The notes: generated by a model from the letters alone, not told the origin. Numbered from the stretch's first letter, positions 55,201 through 61,581 are shown. The stretch: 64,000 bases of DNA from Bacteroidales bacterium (GCA_017618715.1 JAFZTS010000037.1:11849-75848), one strand, 5' to 3'. Made by a program: numbers and translations.

Positions 55201-55962
55201 GCTGGCGAAGTGAGTGTGAAACTCAATCACCAGTGGAGCTGGATAGGCCTGACCACTCCATATACCACCGACGTTAAGACAGCTTTGGCTGATGCCAATC
55301 CTCAAAATGGTGACATCGTAAAGACCAATAATTCGTTTGCTGTCTATGATCACGGCGAGTGGTTCGGCGACCTCAAAGCCATCTATCCGGGTAGGGGCTA
55401 TCTCTACTACAACAATGCAGAAGAGAAGACCTTCCATTTCGGCACCTCGACAACCATCGATTCCAGCTATGCACCGCGAAGGGCCAAGGCGCAAAGCTTG
55501 TTCTCACCCGTGCCTGAAGGCACATATTCCGGCAATATGACCGTGATAGCTGTCATTATGCGAGGTGGTGAGATTGTCACCGACGGTGAGTTGGCAGCGT
55601 TCGTTGGCGATGAGTGCCGCACGGCTTCCACTTACGTGGAGGATGGCATGCGCTTCCTCACCATTCCTGGAGAAGGATCCGGATCTACCATCCGATTCTA
55701 CTTCTATGACGATACGCATCTGTTGTTGGCTGCCGAAACGCTCACTTACAACGATGACGATTTCATTGGCGGTATTGAAGACCCATTCGTCATCAATCTC
55801 GACAATGCGACAGTCGGCATCAGTGAAGTTGGCATATTGACTGGTGGAGTTGGTGAAGTCTTCGACGTATTCGGCAGGATGGTGCTTGACGCCAAGTCCA
55901 ATATCGAAGAATTGCCGAAGGGCGTATATCTCCGAAACGGCAAGAAGCTAATCATTAAGTAA
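46243..55962 (+). CDS. Giant secreted multidomain protein B (3,239 aa), an end-to-end paralog of protein A with the same architecture and a T9SS C-terminal sorting domain
   Basis: Signal peptide MKSTKLFLLLTLLMVSLPTVVKA. It is collinear with protein A from the N-terminus (YFEVVSYNDVSPVQPYVDLK vs YFKLVSSGNVTVSQPYVDFD), through the shared landmarks VLRDPPGSNS, GPVFRTRGGRTSAPYEDE, GYFDEVRIWNRYLTDEEL, GTIQNLSLWNIARD and GNIDEVRYWRATMDNRL, to the tail VFDVFGRMVLDAKSNIEELPKGVYLRNGKKLIIK. It is separated from gene A by only 32 nt. Confidence 0.9.
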   Translation: MKSTKLFLLLTLLMVSLPTVVKANDNDNIEFYFEVVSYNDVSPVQPYVDLKIPFINYSGINDVLYPSKLYLSTATAMSNFMGEESEDIEIASLKGVDGDGLDPGFGNDEIAFSDIKSEYVTLKPIYFEEESDIAMEVVRVFFTQNAIKLGVTSIKLIGFWDTDNNGIYDKPLSLVSELPDLRYTTAHGLPNWKNFSVSRPKDGKASITAQRPEWKQYNNYDSYSYLNGLWKKTNFYNVQTDKSVDAADVRKAIDLHDHYDYHRYYIFHSAEQLPASKTGDFGVYPVGAETAGRDSMLLSHTVSNRDEIVVYYTGGIDIDAHNFVYNEEAYNTYALRTFVDEGGHYDTKLFDYAENYEMGVGATQIKTCLYSEPEEIVIPGCYYPDMVDATPDMWTRSFKLKWYPMSESGRNGFKDGRWYIFRYAKEQGENTRKLVTSCPFDQTTYTDVVDDANFTYVYEVCFSRDAWGTPAQPIGDLTAKVEERIVREFPIDLEAESGADRVILKWSHSRIKTGSTAFTVWHRLDPEASWEKLATVDESSKLRHTYSHVIEGVLDKEQPHYYKVDIALIDTVFTEEANAKILGGSCVKTFSASKGLYAGEVRLSWESEINSDQLVDYTIERRLLGTNDAFEKIHEMNGVGTFFSYSDKNVRAGSYYEYRVTSCFITETGEMSSRISLIDVGFSQSTGTVSGRIVYGTGQAVEGVKVRMTKNDGDSEEARTQYYAMRVSNQGAGMQLTRPADDLRRLYASPSGFTSQFWVRLDERIAESLGTSVNIMPMICEMEGGYSLFAYLKNDDTYGLRLGGNEGKIIDTGLAIEPDRYYNFAFGRNANGWTVRFVDADKKVQVFETVSSDSPAFSADSASIYFGTDANNTLENTFLGYFDEVRIWNRYLTDEELLSNYDHPLIGTEADLQMYWSLDENVPNQRTAYDYSSTNGRRNEWHGLLKNGTYTTASVVPIDYLGLYAFTNSEGNYVIKGIPFKGDGTNYVVRPTMGLHEFEDHFQTVYISGTSLVHDGVNFTDVSSFAVKGRVMYENTDYPVEGVKFFIDGVSAKRGGKEVVSDVNGNFTLSVPIGNHYISVSKDGHTFLNGGRYPADPDRVGTTLLVEDSISGLLFTDKTLVNISGRICGGTEEKARDLGLGLSKNNIGQAVVTLASTRSLNVVTRLNEAGVPVQEYNDQQRMVESATKDVNSRAFITGGKSNDATNRVVVTTDSLTGEFSIMVPPVRYRVESIVVPSNKDITFNNLPYLNPDPTIFFTAYDSLQDKQYIYNLPFVRSYQAQPVFKVSDRRYDRRKIGAFGDSLYNYVPLEGTDTIPIALYQQKDGKIDYTFGYPVYRMGELSRFEISVQEEYRNFDNPDSTIVSRVPVKGAAIQIVNEGSAAVSVGYADSNLGNRTMASDSLKTDSLGLAIYEWGVGLPNVHAPHTLGLNMTITIDGRTYDWEQNGAFKYIILGLLQTGNDFVTDGPDHVSMVLRDPPGSNSFAKIEKGSTSTKTLVWSVLGYINRRKVSGNFGSTVTHGPGNVLMLTYNLNRHLTGSDILVNDGYKNSSFHSTILTEDVATDSTRQFVGALGDLFIGQSTNFSVGDARTVDIRRNAQGAFVVNCEIEPSVSQDYKTSFTYTTYYITHHLLPELERLRNALLQTVSDPAAQKGNASDHNLYYTSLSQEDERFGSSNHDKEIWGASATDEDVVGGGPSYWVVYPDVMEKGKFYQDRVQYYNDCITNWKNILAGNEEDKKRSISRGSYYEDDDDFKSSDHNLSISGGTSITKSFTRDTVDTKGGSVHVLLSGGLEDDYGLRRGDVYRVNYFVTGIETDDSYSWTSKGHQTTSFTLRDDDPTDALTVDVLKSQSGWGPVFRTRGGRTSAPYEDEVIAEYFDGKSVLSEKTIAVEQPHLWFDKTSVVNVPGGQRAVFQAHAQNASPTGYDRYFEIGVKEGSNPNNAKIFVAGKEGGGTFLVPADHALDLQLLVEQTNPAIIEYNDLQIYLRSVVQGDPTGTYPVIEDVVPISVTFTKASTPVTIYTSSSVLNTNSDSTFVVGAKDFDRDFKGLQGVDLLYRVSESPEWHLQHGWVTDSTKVDAQHEYLPEGVSDVSVSFNITNPRLFPDGPYYFKAVTKADFGDTPVTAESEVKTVIKDLSKPKVMGYPEPADGVLGLGESIYLTFNEDIQPLTSPEMSVIVQGTRNGEDFEQKTALQMTGADETASTESSISIDKQSFAGEFWVRLQSAGIILQHGADANGFSLSTTDDGQISLTMRNKVYSAANRVPMNEKIFIAWSYDADQTTFSALALSANRTIPLFQNEKVGAYSGFGKIIVGNKLKGTIQNLSLWNIARDIETAAEQRNWSRTTLTPNLIGHWKMDEGHGELLHDIVLGRHLRAKNANWWLDNVNYSARVDDGKYITMLSPGSLYDDESSDYAFEYWFRGEPEQPDSVATLFSTSDGSMQLMYHVDSKSLVMVSDSTVAVISQGDVFEGAWHHIALNVRRTGVSAIYLDGERLIEINQHFIPSLKGKTFTLGAERIFTGYDDKNVAQYDTRFPMRGNIDEVRYWRATMDNRLVDNRYSRMDSLQSKYLGLALYLPFEEGIFDEYNQQVIRFSTDDKSGNDCRTIAATVTEDTNAPGLKEMTRQTALEYNLTQSDRQIYITLNEQLSLVEGTTAYVTVRNVTDSHGNISDPITWPVFIRQNGLRWNVSNIHLATGGKDYEWVKEASFTNHGSKTETWHLENVPDWLEMYEPEGRLDAQQTGSISFYISSSASVGEYETIIYLVGESGIYEPLLITATVSGEMPLWAYKDIERGSETMTMTGQIKQDGKLLSNTNSLLAAFRGDKCVGRTNPVYNAEFDTYFTYLTIFGEPENEGEPLKFRIWNAATGIDHPDVICSVPNVAFSVNAHHGTHSDPVQWNATESASQALALNEGWNWISFFVDPYDKKIASIFGSDRSITEVKGISSFARSSGTKWVGQLKEVKIGDMYKVNANKEKDLSVDGMIRSAGEVSVKLNHQWSWIGLTTPYTTDVKTALADANPQNGDIVKTNNSFAVYDHGEWFGDLKAIYPGRGYLYYNNAEEKTFHFGTSTTIDSSYAPRRAKAQSLFSPVPEGTYSGNMTVIAVIMRGGEIVTDGELAAFVGDECRTASTYVEDGMRFLTIPGEGSGSTIRFYFYDDTHLLLAAETLTYNDDDFIGGIEDPFVINLDNATVGISEVGILTGGVGEVFDVFGRMVLDAKSNIEELPKGVYLRNGKKLIIK

Positions 55963-55970
55963 ATTATTCA

Positions 55971-56007
55971 AGAGTGGCACCTCATTTGGGGTGCCACTCT
56001 TTTTTTC
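55971..56007 (+). terminator. Strong rho-independent terminator after giant gene B
   Basis: Stem GAGTGGCACC / GGTGCCACTC with a short loop, followed by TTTTTTT, beginning 9 nt after the stop codon. Confidence 0.85.
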
Positions 56008-56167
56008 CCTATTTTTTTGCAAACCAGTTAACCTTTGTTTGAAAACCGACACATGAAGATGAAAAGACCCATTCCAATCCCCAAGCATAGGGGTGGAGAC
56101 TTTTCCCGACTGGCAAACAAGGGTAAATAAATATGGCGATTTTCTTGCATAATCACGGAAAATACTG

Positions 56168-56175
56168 TATCTTTG
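56168..56175 (+). promoter_or_regulatory. Candidate -7 box (TATCTTTG) for the ECF sigma factor gene
   Basis: Matches TAnnTTTG and lies 20 nt upstream of the ATG at 56195. Confidence 0.4.
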
Positions 56176-56194
56176 CACCCGAAAAATTACAATC

Positions 56195-56767
56195 ATGGCA
56201 AAGAACAATATCTTACCAAATGCAACCATCGCCACGCTGAATGCCTTTGCGGGTGAGCAGCGCGAGAAGACCATCTTATGGCTAAGCACAAAGGGCGTAA
56301 GCCAGAATGATGCGGAAGACCTCTTCCAGGATGCGTTCATCACGCTGTACGATCAGCTCACGACGGGCTACCTCGAAGAAATGCCCCGTTCGCTGGCAGC
56401 CTACTTCCACGGCATCGTTCAGAACAAGCTGAAGGAGCATCACAGGCTGGTGCAGAAGCTGCTCGACAATGAGGATGAGCGCGACGTGGCCGACTTCAAC
56501 GAGGACTTCCTCAACGAGGTGCTTGCCGAGGACGACTCACGGACAGTGGAACGCAAGGAGGCTGCTGTGCGACAAGTGGTGCGCAACTTGCCCGACCCTT
56601 GCAACAAGCTGCTTTGGGGTTATTATTTCGACAATCACTCCATGCAAGAGCTGGCCGACCTCTACGGATACAAGTCGACCAACAGCGTGAAGGTAATGAA
56701 GAGTCGCTGTATGGATAAGTTTGCAGCAGCTATGAAAGTAATATTTAATGAAATGTTCAATGATTAA
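56195..56767 (+). CDS. RNA polymerase sigma-70 family factor, ECF-like
   Basis: 190 aa. Region 2-like AEDLFQDAFITLYDQL and region 4 HTH LPDPCNKLLWGYYFDNHSMQELADLYGYKSTNSVKVMKSRCMDKF. Confidence 0.85.
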   Translation: MAKNNILPNATIATLNAFAGEQREKTILWLSTKGVSQNDAEDLFQDAFITLYDQLTTGYLEEMPRSLAAYFHGIVQNKLKEHHRLVQKLLDNEDERDVADFNEDFLNEVLAEDDSRTVERKEAAVRQVVRNLPDPCNKLLWGYYFDNHSMQELADLYGYKSTNSVKVMKSRCMDKFAAAMKVIFNEMFND

Positions 56768-56779
56768 TTCTACACGAAA

Positions 56780-57553
56780 ATGAAGAAGTTTGGCAATAAC
56801 AAAGAGACCAGTCCGCACGCAGAGATGGACGAACGCATCGCCCTGTTCTTGCGTGGACAGATGTCAGAGGCCGAGGCCGAAGCATTTCGTGCAGAGATGA
56901 AGGAGAATTCCAAGTTGCGCGAACGTGCCGTATTCATGGCACGTCTCATCAAGCAAATGCGCGAGGTGGGAGAGGAGCGTCAGCAGAACTTGGTTGATGC
57001 CATGCAGATGGTGGATAGGAAAACGATCGAGAAGATTGCACAAGGCAAGGGGAAGGAACTGATGAAGACGAAGAAGCCCTTTATGCGTCGTCTCGCCCCA
57101 TGGGTTGCCGCCGCTGCTGTTGTTCTTTGTCTGGTGTTTGTGGGACGAACCGTTTGGAATACAGAGTCACAGCGAATCCGCAATTACGCATACGAACTGC
57201 TTGCTCCAACGCCGGCCACCAAACCTGTGCAAGTGAAGCAACTGCCCAAGGATGTGGTTCGAGGCCAGCATAACAAGCTGGAGGAATTGGCCCTTCTGCG
57301 CGGCAAGGTGGAGATGGGATTGGACCTTGAAGCGACTACCAAAAGGCTACAGGCCATCTACGACGAGGCGAAACAATCGTCCGACACGCTTTACGAATCG
57401 TTCTTCAGCGATATTGCTCTCGCTCTGGCTCAAGGTTACAATAAGTTGGGTGACAAGGATGCCGAAACGTTGATTCTCGACGATCTGCTGAAGATACAGG
57501 ACAATACTTACCTGACTTCGCAAAAAGATTCCCTTTCCGAAGAAAATCTCTAA
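56780..57553 (+). CDS. Putative anti-sigma factor: single-pass membrane protein with a cytoplasmic N-domain and a helical periplasmic C-domain
   Basis: It starts 13 nt after the sigma gene. The N-terminal roughly 90 aa are charged and helical (ERIALFLRGQMSEAEAEAFRAEM), there is one TM segment (APWVAAAAVVLCLVFVG), and the C-terminal roughly 140 aa are helical. I recognised no FecR domain. The assignment rests on position and topology only. Confidence 0.4.
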   Translation: MKKFGNNKETSPHAEMDERIALFLRGQMSEAEAEAFRAEMKENSKLRERAVFMARLIKQMREVGEERQQNLVDAMQMVDRKTIEKIAQGKGKELMKTKKPFMRRLAPWVAAAAVVLCLVFVGRTVWNTESQRIRNYAYELLAPTPATKPVQVKQLPKDVVRGQHNKLEELALLRGKVEMGLDLEATTKRLQAIYDEAKQSSDTLYESFFSDIALALAQGYNKLGDKDAETLILDDLLKIQDNTYLTSQKDSLSEENL

Positions 57554-58347
57554 CTTAGTTGCTGTATCTTTTCGTTGGCAAATTCGCAATAAGTGATGAA
57601 CTCGTAGCCTCGTGCCTTGCAATCGAGGATGACTGACTTGAGGCGATCGTACATGCCTTGCCCTGCATTATGACGAATAATGTAGGGCATTTTGTATTCG
57701 GGATGCTCGCCGAGTGGATAGAATTCCCAGGGATGGAAGTATGTGTTGAAGTAGCCGTCGTGCCCGACGATGCGATGGAGCAGTTTCTTGTAAAGCCACA
57801 GCGGGAAGTTGTGGAGGGCAAGCCAGAACATTGGGATACGCAGCCAGGGTGATACCGAGGCGGGAATCTGTAGCAAACCTTCCTCCATGAAGCTGGTTCG
57901 TGGAGTAGTGAGGTGCATGTAGCGTCCTGGGATGAAGGCTGGATTGAGCGAAGCGTTATAGACGTAGCCCTGGCGCTTCAGTTCCTGCAGATTGACGGGG
58001 AACATGCGGGGCTGACGATAGCCTTTGATCTGATTGCCGAAATCGGCTTCGAGCATTTGCTTCGAGAGGATGACGTGCTCTGGTTTGGGTTGGAAATGGT
58101 CACAACCATGCGATGCCACCTCGTGACCTTCGGCGATGATACGTCGGATGATGTCGGGTGCATTGGTGGCGAAGTTCGTGGTGCAGAAGAACGTGGCACG
58201 CACCCCGCATTCCTTCAGGCAGTCGAGTATCCTTGTTGTTCCATACCTCGACACCTTCATCGATTCGTCCATCTTGATCTCAACACCGTGTTCGCGTGGA
58301 ACGTCGTATTCTTCGGTATCGAAACTCAGCATTATCTTTTTGCTCAT
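57550..58347 (-). CDS. Polysaccharide deacetylase (NodB-homology) family protein
   Basis: Start set at MSKKIMLSFDTEEYD (ATG complement at 58345-58347). It has a HEVASHGCDH metal-binding motif and RQPRMF. Its stop codon overlaps the stop of the convergent anti-sigma gene. Confidence 0.75.
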   Translation of the reverse strand: MSKKIMLSFDTEEYDVPREHGVEIKMDESMKVSRYGTTRILDCLKECGVRATFFCTTNFATNAPDIIRRIIAEGHEVASHGCDHFQPKPEHVILSKQMLEADFGNQIKGYRQPRMFPVNLQELKRQGYVYNASLNPAFIPGRYMHLTTPRTSFMEEGLLQIPASVSPWLRIPMFWLALHNFPLWLYKKLLHRIVGHDGYFNTYFHPWEFYPLGEHPEYKMPYIIRHNAGQGMYDRLKSVILDCKARGYEFITYCEFANEKIQQLS

Positions 58348-58426
58348 GATTCTGTCAAGTCCATTGGTTATTGTGTGTGCAAAGATAGCCCTTGTTGGCG
58401 AATAATCCAAATTTTCATGGAAATAA

Positions 58427-58458
58427 TTTGGCTATATTGGAAAATTTTGCTAAATTTG
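58427..58458 (+). promoter_or_regulatory. Candidate promoter (-33 TTTG at 58427-58430; -7 TAAATTTG at 58451-58458) for the esterase gene
   Basis: 20-nt spacing, 31 nt upstream of the ATG at 58489. Confidence 0.4.
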
Positions 58459-58488
58459 CGCCGCAAAATTTGAAAATAAACCAGTTAA

Positions 58489-59391
58489 ATGAATAAATTG
58501 ATGGAATGGTCAGGCTGGTTGCGTAGCCTGACCCTATTCGTTTTTGTGATATCGATGATGTTTGGATCATTGTCGGCTCAACGTATGATAGCGCATCGTG
58601 GCACCGTGAAGGATGCTTACAACTTCTGGTTCTATGCACCTCCAGTGATTGCGATGCCCGATAGTGCCGTGGTTCCACCTCTCGTCATCGATAGCCTCAA
58701 GGGTGAGGAAGGCGACCTTCTTGAAGCCATGGTTCGCAAACCATTGGTCATCTTTCTGCATGGTGCCAGCCTCCGTGGCACCAACTTGTCACAGGTGCGC
58801 CGTTATGGCACGCTCGATGCCCTTTCAAAAGGATTGAATCTCGATGCCTACGTCCTTGCTCCTCAACACCCGACAGGAGGATGGCAGCCCGAAAGGATCA
58901 ATAGGCTGGTGGATTGGGCCATGGAACGCTATGCCATCGATTCGACACGCATCTACGTGCTTGGCATGAGCATGGGCGGCTTTGGCACTATCGACTATGC
59001 GGCCGAATATCCAAATCGTGTTGCGGCTGCTTTGGCCCTCTGTGGCGGTGATACACCCAAGACGAACCACAAGAACCTGCTGAAGGTACCTCTTTGCATC
59101 CTTCATGGCACCAATGATCATTCCGTGCCGTGGGAATCTTCGCAGCGAGTGGTCGATTCGATGAGGGCTGTTGGCGATACCACACGCCTCATTTACCGTC
59201 TGTTGCCTGGACAGAATCACAGCATGTTGTCGCATTATTTCTATTTTAAGAGCGTTTATGACTGGCTCTTCCTGCATTCGACCACTGATAAATGGCGTCC
59301 TGTGAGGCGCAGATATGGTTTCATCGGACAGTTGGCTCAGAAGCATCCCAGTCCTTTTGAGAAAAGCGATAAGCAGATTACGATTAAATAG
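58489..59391 (+). CDS. Alpha/beta-hydrolase (carboxylesterase / prolyl-oligopeptidase-family serine hydrolase), secreted
   Basis: Signal-like N-terminus, the nucleophile elbow GMSMGG, and acid/His candidates HGTNDHSVP and GQNHSM. Confidence 0.75.
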   Translation: MNKLMEWSGWLRSLTLFVFVISMMFGSLSAQRMIAHRGTVKDAYNFWFYAPPVIAMPDSAVVPPLVIDSLKGEEGDLLEAMVRKPLVIFLHGASLRGTNLSQVRRYGTLDALSKGLNLDAYVLAPQHPTGGWQPERINRLVDWAMERYAIDSTRIYVLGMSMGGFGTIDYAAEYPNRVAAALALCGGDTPKTNHKNLLKVPLCILHGTNDHSVPWESSQRVVDSMRAVGDTTRLIYRLLPGQNHSMLSHYFYFKSVYDWLFLHSTTDKWRPVRRRYGFIGQLAQKHPSPFEKSDKQITIK

Positions 59392-59398
59392 GGTTTGT

Positions 59399-59827
59399 AT
59401 GAGTAGATATTTGAAGCATTATCCATTCACGTGGTTCATCTTCGCCATTGTGATGATACTTTCCTTCATGCCGGTGCCTGAGACACCGCTGAGCGATGTG
59501 GCATTTATCGACAAGTGGACACACATCGTGATGTATTTCGGACAGGCGGGAGCCATTTGGCTCGATCATCTGCGTTTGCATGGTCTTCGTTTTTCGCCCA
59601 TTCCTCATGGCTTGCGCGTCGGTGAGCTTCGTCCACGCCGACTTCGCATCGGCGCCCTCTATCTTCCCTCGCTACTGGGTGGTTTGGTGGAATTGGGACA
59701 AAAGTATTGCACCAATGGTTTGCGTTCGGGCGACTGGATTGACTGGGTGGCCGATATCGTTGGAGTGGTGATTGCTTGGGTGCTTTGCTTGGGCTATGTC
59801 AGACTGCTCGCCAATAAAAGGGGCTGA
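59399..59827 (+). CDS. VanZ-like family membrane protein
   Basis: Start set at MSRYLKHYPFTWFIFAIVMIL. It has the DKWTHIVMYFG motif typical of VanZ-like proteins and about 4 TM segments. Confidence 0.65.
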   Translation: MSRYLKHYPFTWFIFAIVMILSFMPVPETPLSDVAFIDKWTHIVMYFGQAGAIWLDHLRLHGLRFSPIPHGLRVGELRPRRLRIGALYLPSLLGGLVELGQKYCTNGLRSGDWIDWVADIVGVVIAWVLCLGYVRLLANKRG

Positions 59828-59837
59828 ATAAAAATAA

Positions 59838-59867
59838 CAATGCCTTCTCCAAACGGGGAAGGCATTG
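59838..59867. terminator. Bidirectional stem-loop between convergent genes
   Basis: Perfect 10-bp inverted repeat CAATGCCTTC / GAAGGCATTG with a 10-nt loop. There is no strong T-run. Confidence 0.5.
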
Positions 59868-59905
59868 TCGTAAATGTATAATTTGTAGTAGTTTAGGGCA
59901 AATGA

Positions 59906-61351
59906 TTAGAACTCGAAGTTGATGCCAATGCCAAGCACGCGGTTGGTGCGGCTGTAGGTGTCAGTCTTGGTCAAGCCGGGGGAGAGATAGTTCTGGGTCT
60001 CAACGGTGCGATCCTCGTAGAAGGTCTTCATGTAGCCGAGGTCGAGGTTGAGGTTGCTGGTGAGACGAACACGAGCACCGAAGCCCATGTTGTTCGAGCT
60101 GGTGACGAACGAAAGGTCGTTCATGTAAGCATCGCTCAAACCATACTGAGTGCGAACATAACCACCACTGATGGTCACCCACTTGTTGATTTCCCACTCT
60201 GCACCTGCGGTGAATTCCCAGGTGTCGTCATCGATGAGGTCCTGCTTGTTGCCATAGACGGTGGCCTGCTTGTCGCCATACCAGTGATAGCCGGCACGCA
60301 GACGAACGGCATCGATGGGGCGGTATTCCACACCAACGGTGAGGAGCGAAGGCACGTCGGTAGCTATCTTCGAACCATCCTTGAACTGGCCGAGGGTAGC
60401 GTTGGTTTCAGCCATCTCCTTGGTGAACTCGTTCATCTCTGACTTGTTCTCGACACGCAGACGGGTCTTGAACTCATACTTGGCAGCCACGTTCCAATGC
60501 TCGTTGATGCGCCAATCGACACCGAGAACGGGGGTGAAGCCCCAACCTGTCTGGTCGGCATTGAGCGAAAGCTCGCTGTTCACCACCTGGTCAACGGGCT
60601 GCTGGGTCGATGGGTTGACATAGACAGCGTGGATGTCCTCAACCCAACCATTGTAGTTGTTGGAGGCATAGATGGCACGTGCACCGAGGTAGAGGGAGAG
60701 ATTGTCCATGGCCTTGTAGGTGGTTCCCAAGGTAAGGCAGAAGTGGTACTGACGACCCTTGAGGTAGGAGTTGAGGCTGTAGCCCTGATAAGAGCTCTGT
60801 GCCATTGCCTGTGCACGGCTTACTGCTGTGGCCTGATCCAGACCTTGGGCGATAAGGGCTTGGGCAATATTAGTTGTGAGGCTGGTAAGTACCTCGCTGT
60901 AGATCTTGGCAGCATACATGCTCTCGAAAGTGCCCAGACCTGAATCGAACTCGGCCTTGCCGCCGCCACCACCAATAGCGAAGTTGGCATTGATGCTCCA
61001 CTTTTCCCAGTTATAGGAAGTCTGGAAGCTGGGGATGACGGGGGCATTTGCCTCGCCGTGGAACAAGCGTGTCGGATTGGAGTTAAAGCGATTGTACTGC
61101 ATCAGCGGGAAGGTGGTCTCGATGTCGCGATCCTGCTTAGCGTTCTGGATATTGAAGCTGATATGATAGCCGGGAGCGAGGAATGCAACACCTGCGGGAT
61201 TCATGTAAAGACCAGTGATGTCGATGATGGCCTCCTGGCTCATCTGTCGCAGATAGGCTGCATTCTGATTGGTGTTGGTGGTCAAGCCACCTGCAAAAAG
61301 CATGGCGCTTGGAATCATGGCGATCAGCGCCGAAAGGAATTTCTTGTTCAT
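59906..61351 (-). CDS. Outer-membrane beta-barrel protein, FadL/OMPP1/TodX-like
   Basis: Signal peptide, an N-terminal GGLTTNTNQNAAYLRQMSQEAIIDITGLYMNPAGVAFL, alternating beta-strand pattern and a C-terminal aromatic residue (GIGINFEF). Confidence 0.55.
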   Translation of the reverse strand: MNKKFLSALIAMIPSAMLFAGGLTTNTNQNAAYLRQMSQEAIIDITGLYMNPAGVAFLAPGYHISFNIQNAKQDRDIETTFPLMQYNRFNSNPTRLFHGEANAPVIPSFQTSYNWEKWSINANFAIGGGGGKAEFDSGLGTFESMYAAKIYSEVLTSLTTNIAQALIAQGLDQATAVSRAQAMAQSSYQGYSLNSYLKGRQYHFCLTLGTTYKAMDNLSLYLGARAIYASNNYNGWVEDIHAVYVNPSTQQPVDQVVNSELSLNADQTGWGFTPVLGVDWRINEHWNVAAKYEFKTRLRVENKSEMNEFTKEMAETNATLGQFKDGSKIATDVPSLLTVGVEYRPIDAVRLRAGYHWYGDKQATVYGNKQDLIDDDTWEFTAGAEWEINKWVTISGGYVRTQYGLSDAYMNDLSFVTSSNNMGFGARVRLTSNLNLDLGYMKTFYEDRTVETQNYLSPGLTKTDTYSRTNRVLGIGINFEF

Positions 61352-61365
61352 ATTAATAATAGTAG

Positions 61366-61401
61366 TTTTGGGTTTTTGAGTTTCGGGTTTTGGGTTTTAT
61401 A
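61366..61401. repeat. Degenerate 7/8-bp tandem repeat (TTTTGGG TTTTTGAG TTTCGGG TTTTGGG TTTTATA). On the minus strand it reads as an AAAACCC-type repeat in the 5' leader of the FadL-like gene.
   Basis: Counted by hand. It lies between the candidate -7 box (61427-61434) and the ATG (61351). Confidence 0.7.
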
Positions 61402-61426
61402 GACCGAAATAACCTGAAAACCGCTG

Positions 61427-61434
61427 CAAAGGTA
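61427..61434 (-). promoter_or_regulatory. Candidate -7 box (TACCTTTG on the minus strand) for the FadL-like gene
   Basis: Matches TAnnTTTG and lies 76 nt upstream of the ATG. Confidence 0.35.
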
Positions 61435-61581
61435 TAGTATTTGTAGAAACTGACCAACAAAAATCGGCAAATTTTGCACAAAACGGCACGTATTGGGCAT
61501 AATATTTGCTCAAAAATGCACATTCGCCCATATTGTGTGCATAGAAATTCACAAAAATTTGGAAAAATAGATAATATTCGT

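Noticed and set aside
36452-55962. Giant proteins as Rhs/polymorphic toxins, defense NTPases or non-ribosomal synthetases
   Set aside because: I saw no YD/Rhs repeats, no Walker A/B or helicase motifs, no condensation/adenylation signatures and no HExxH motif. Both proteins have signal peptides and T9SS tails, which points to cell-surface cargo. A toxin or enzymatic sub-domain in the unassigned core cannot be excluded without HMM or structure searches.
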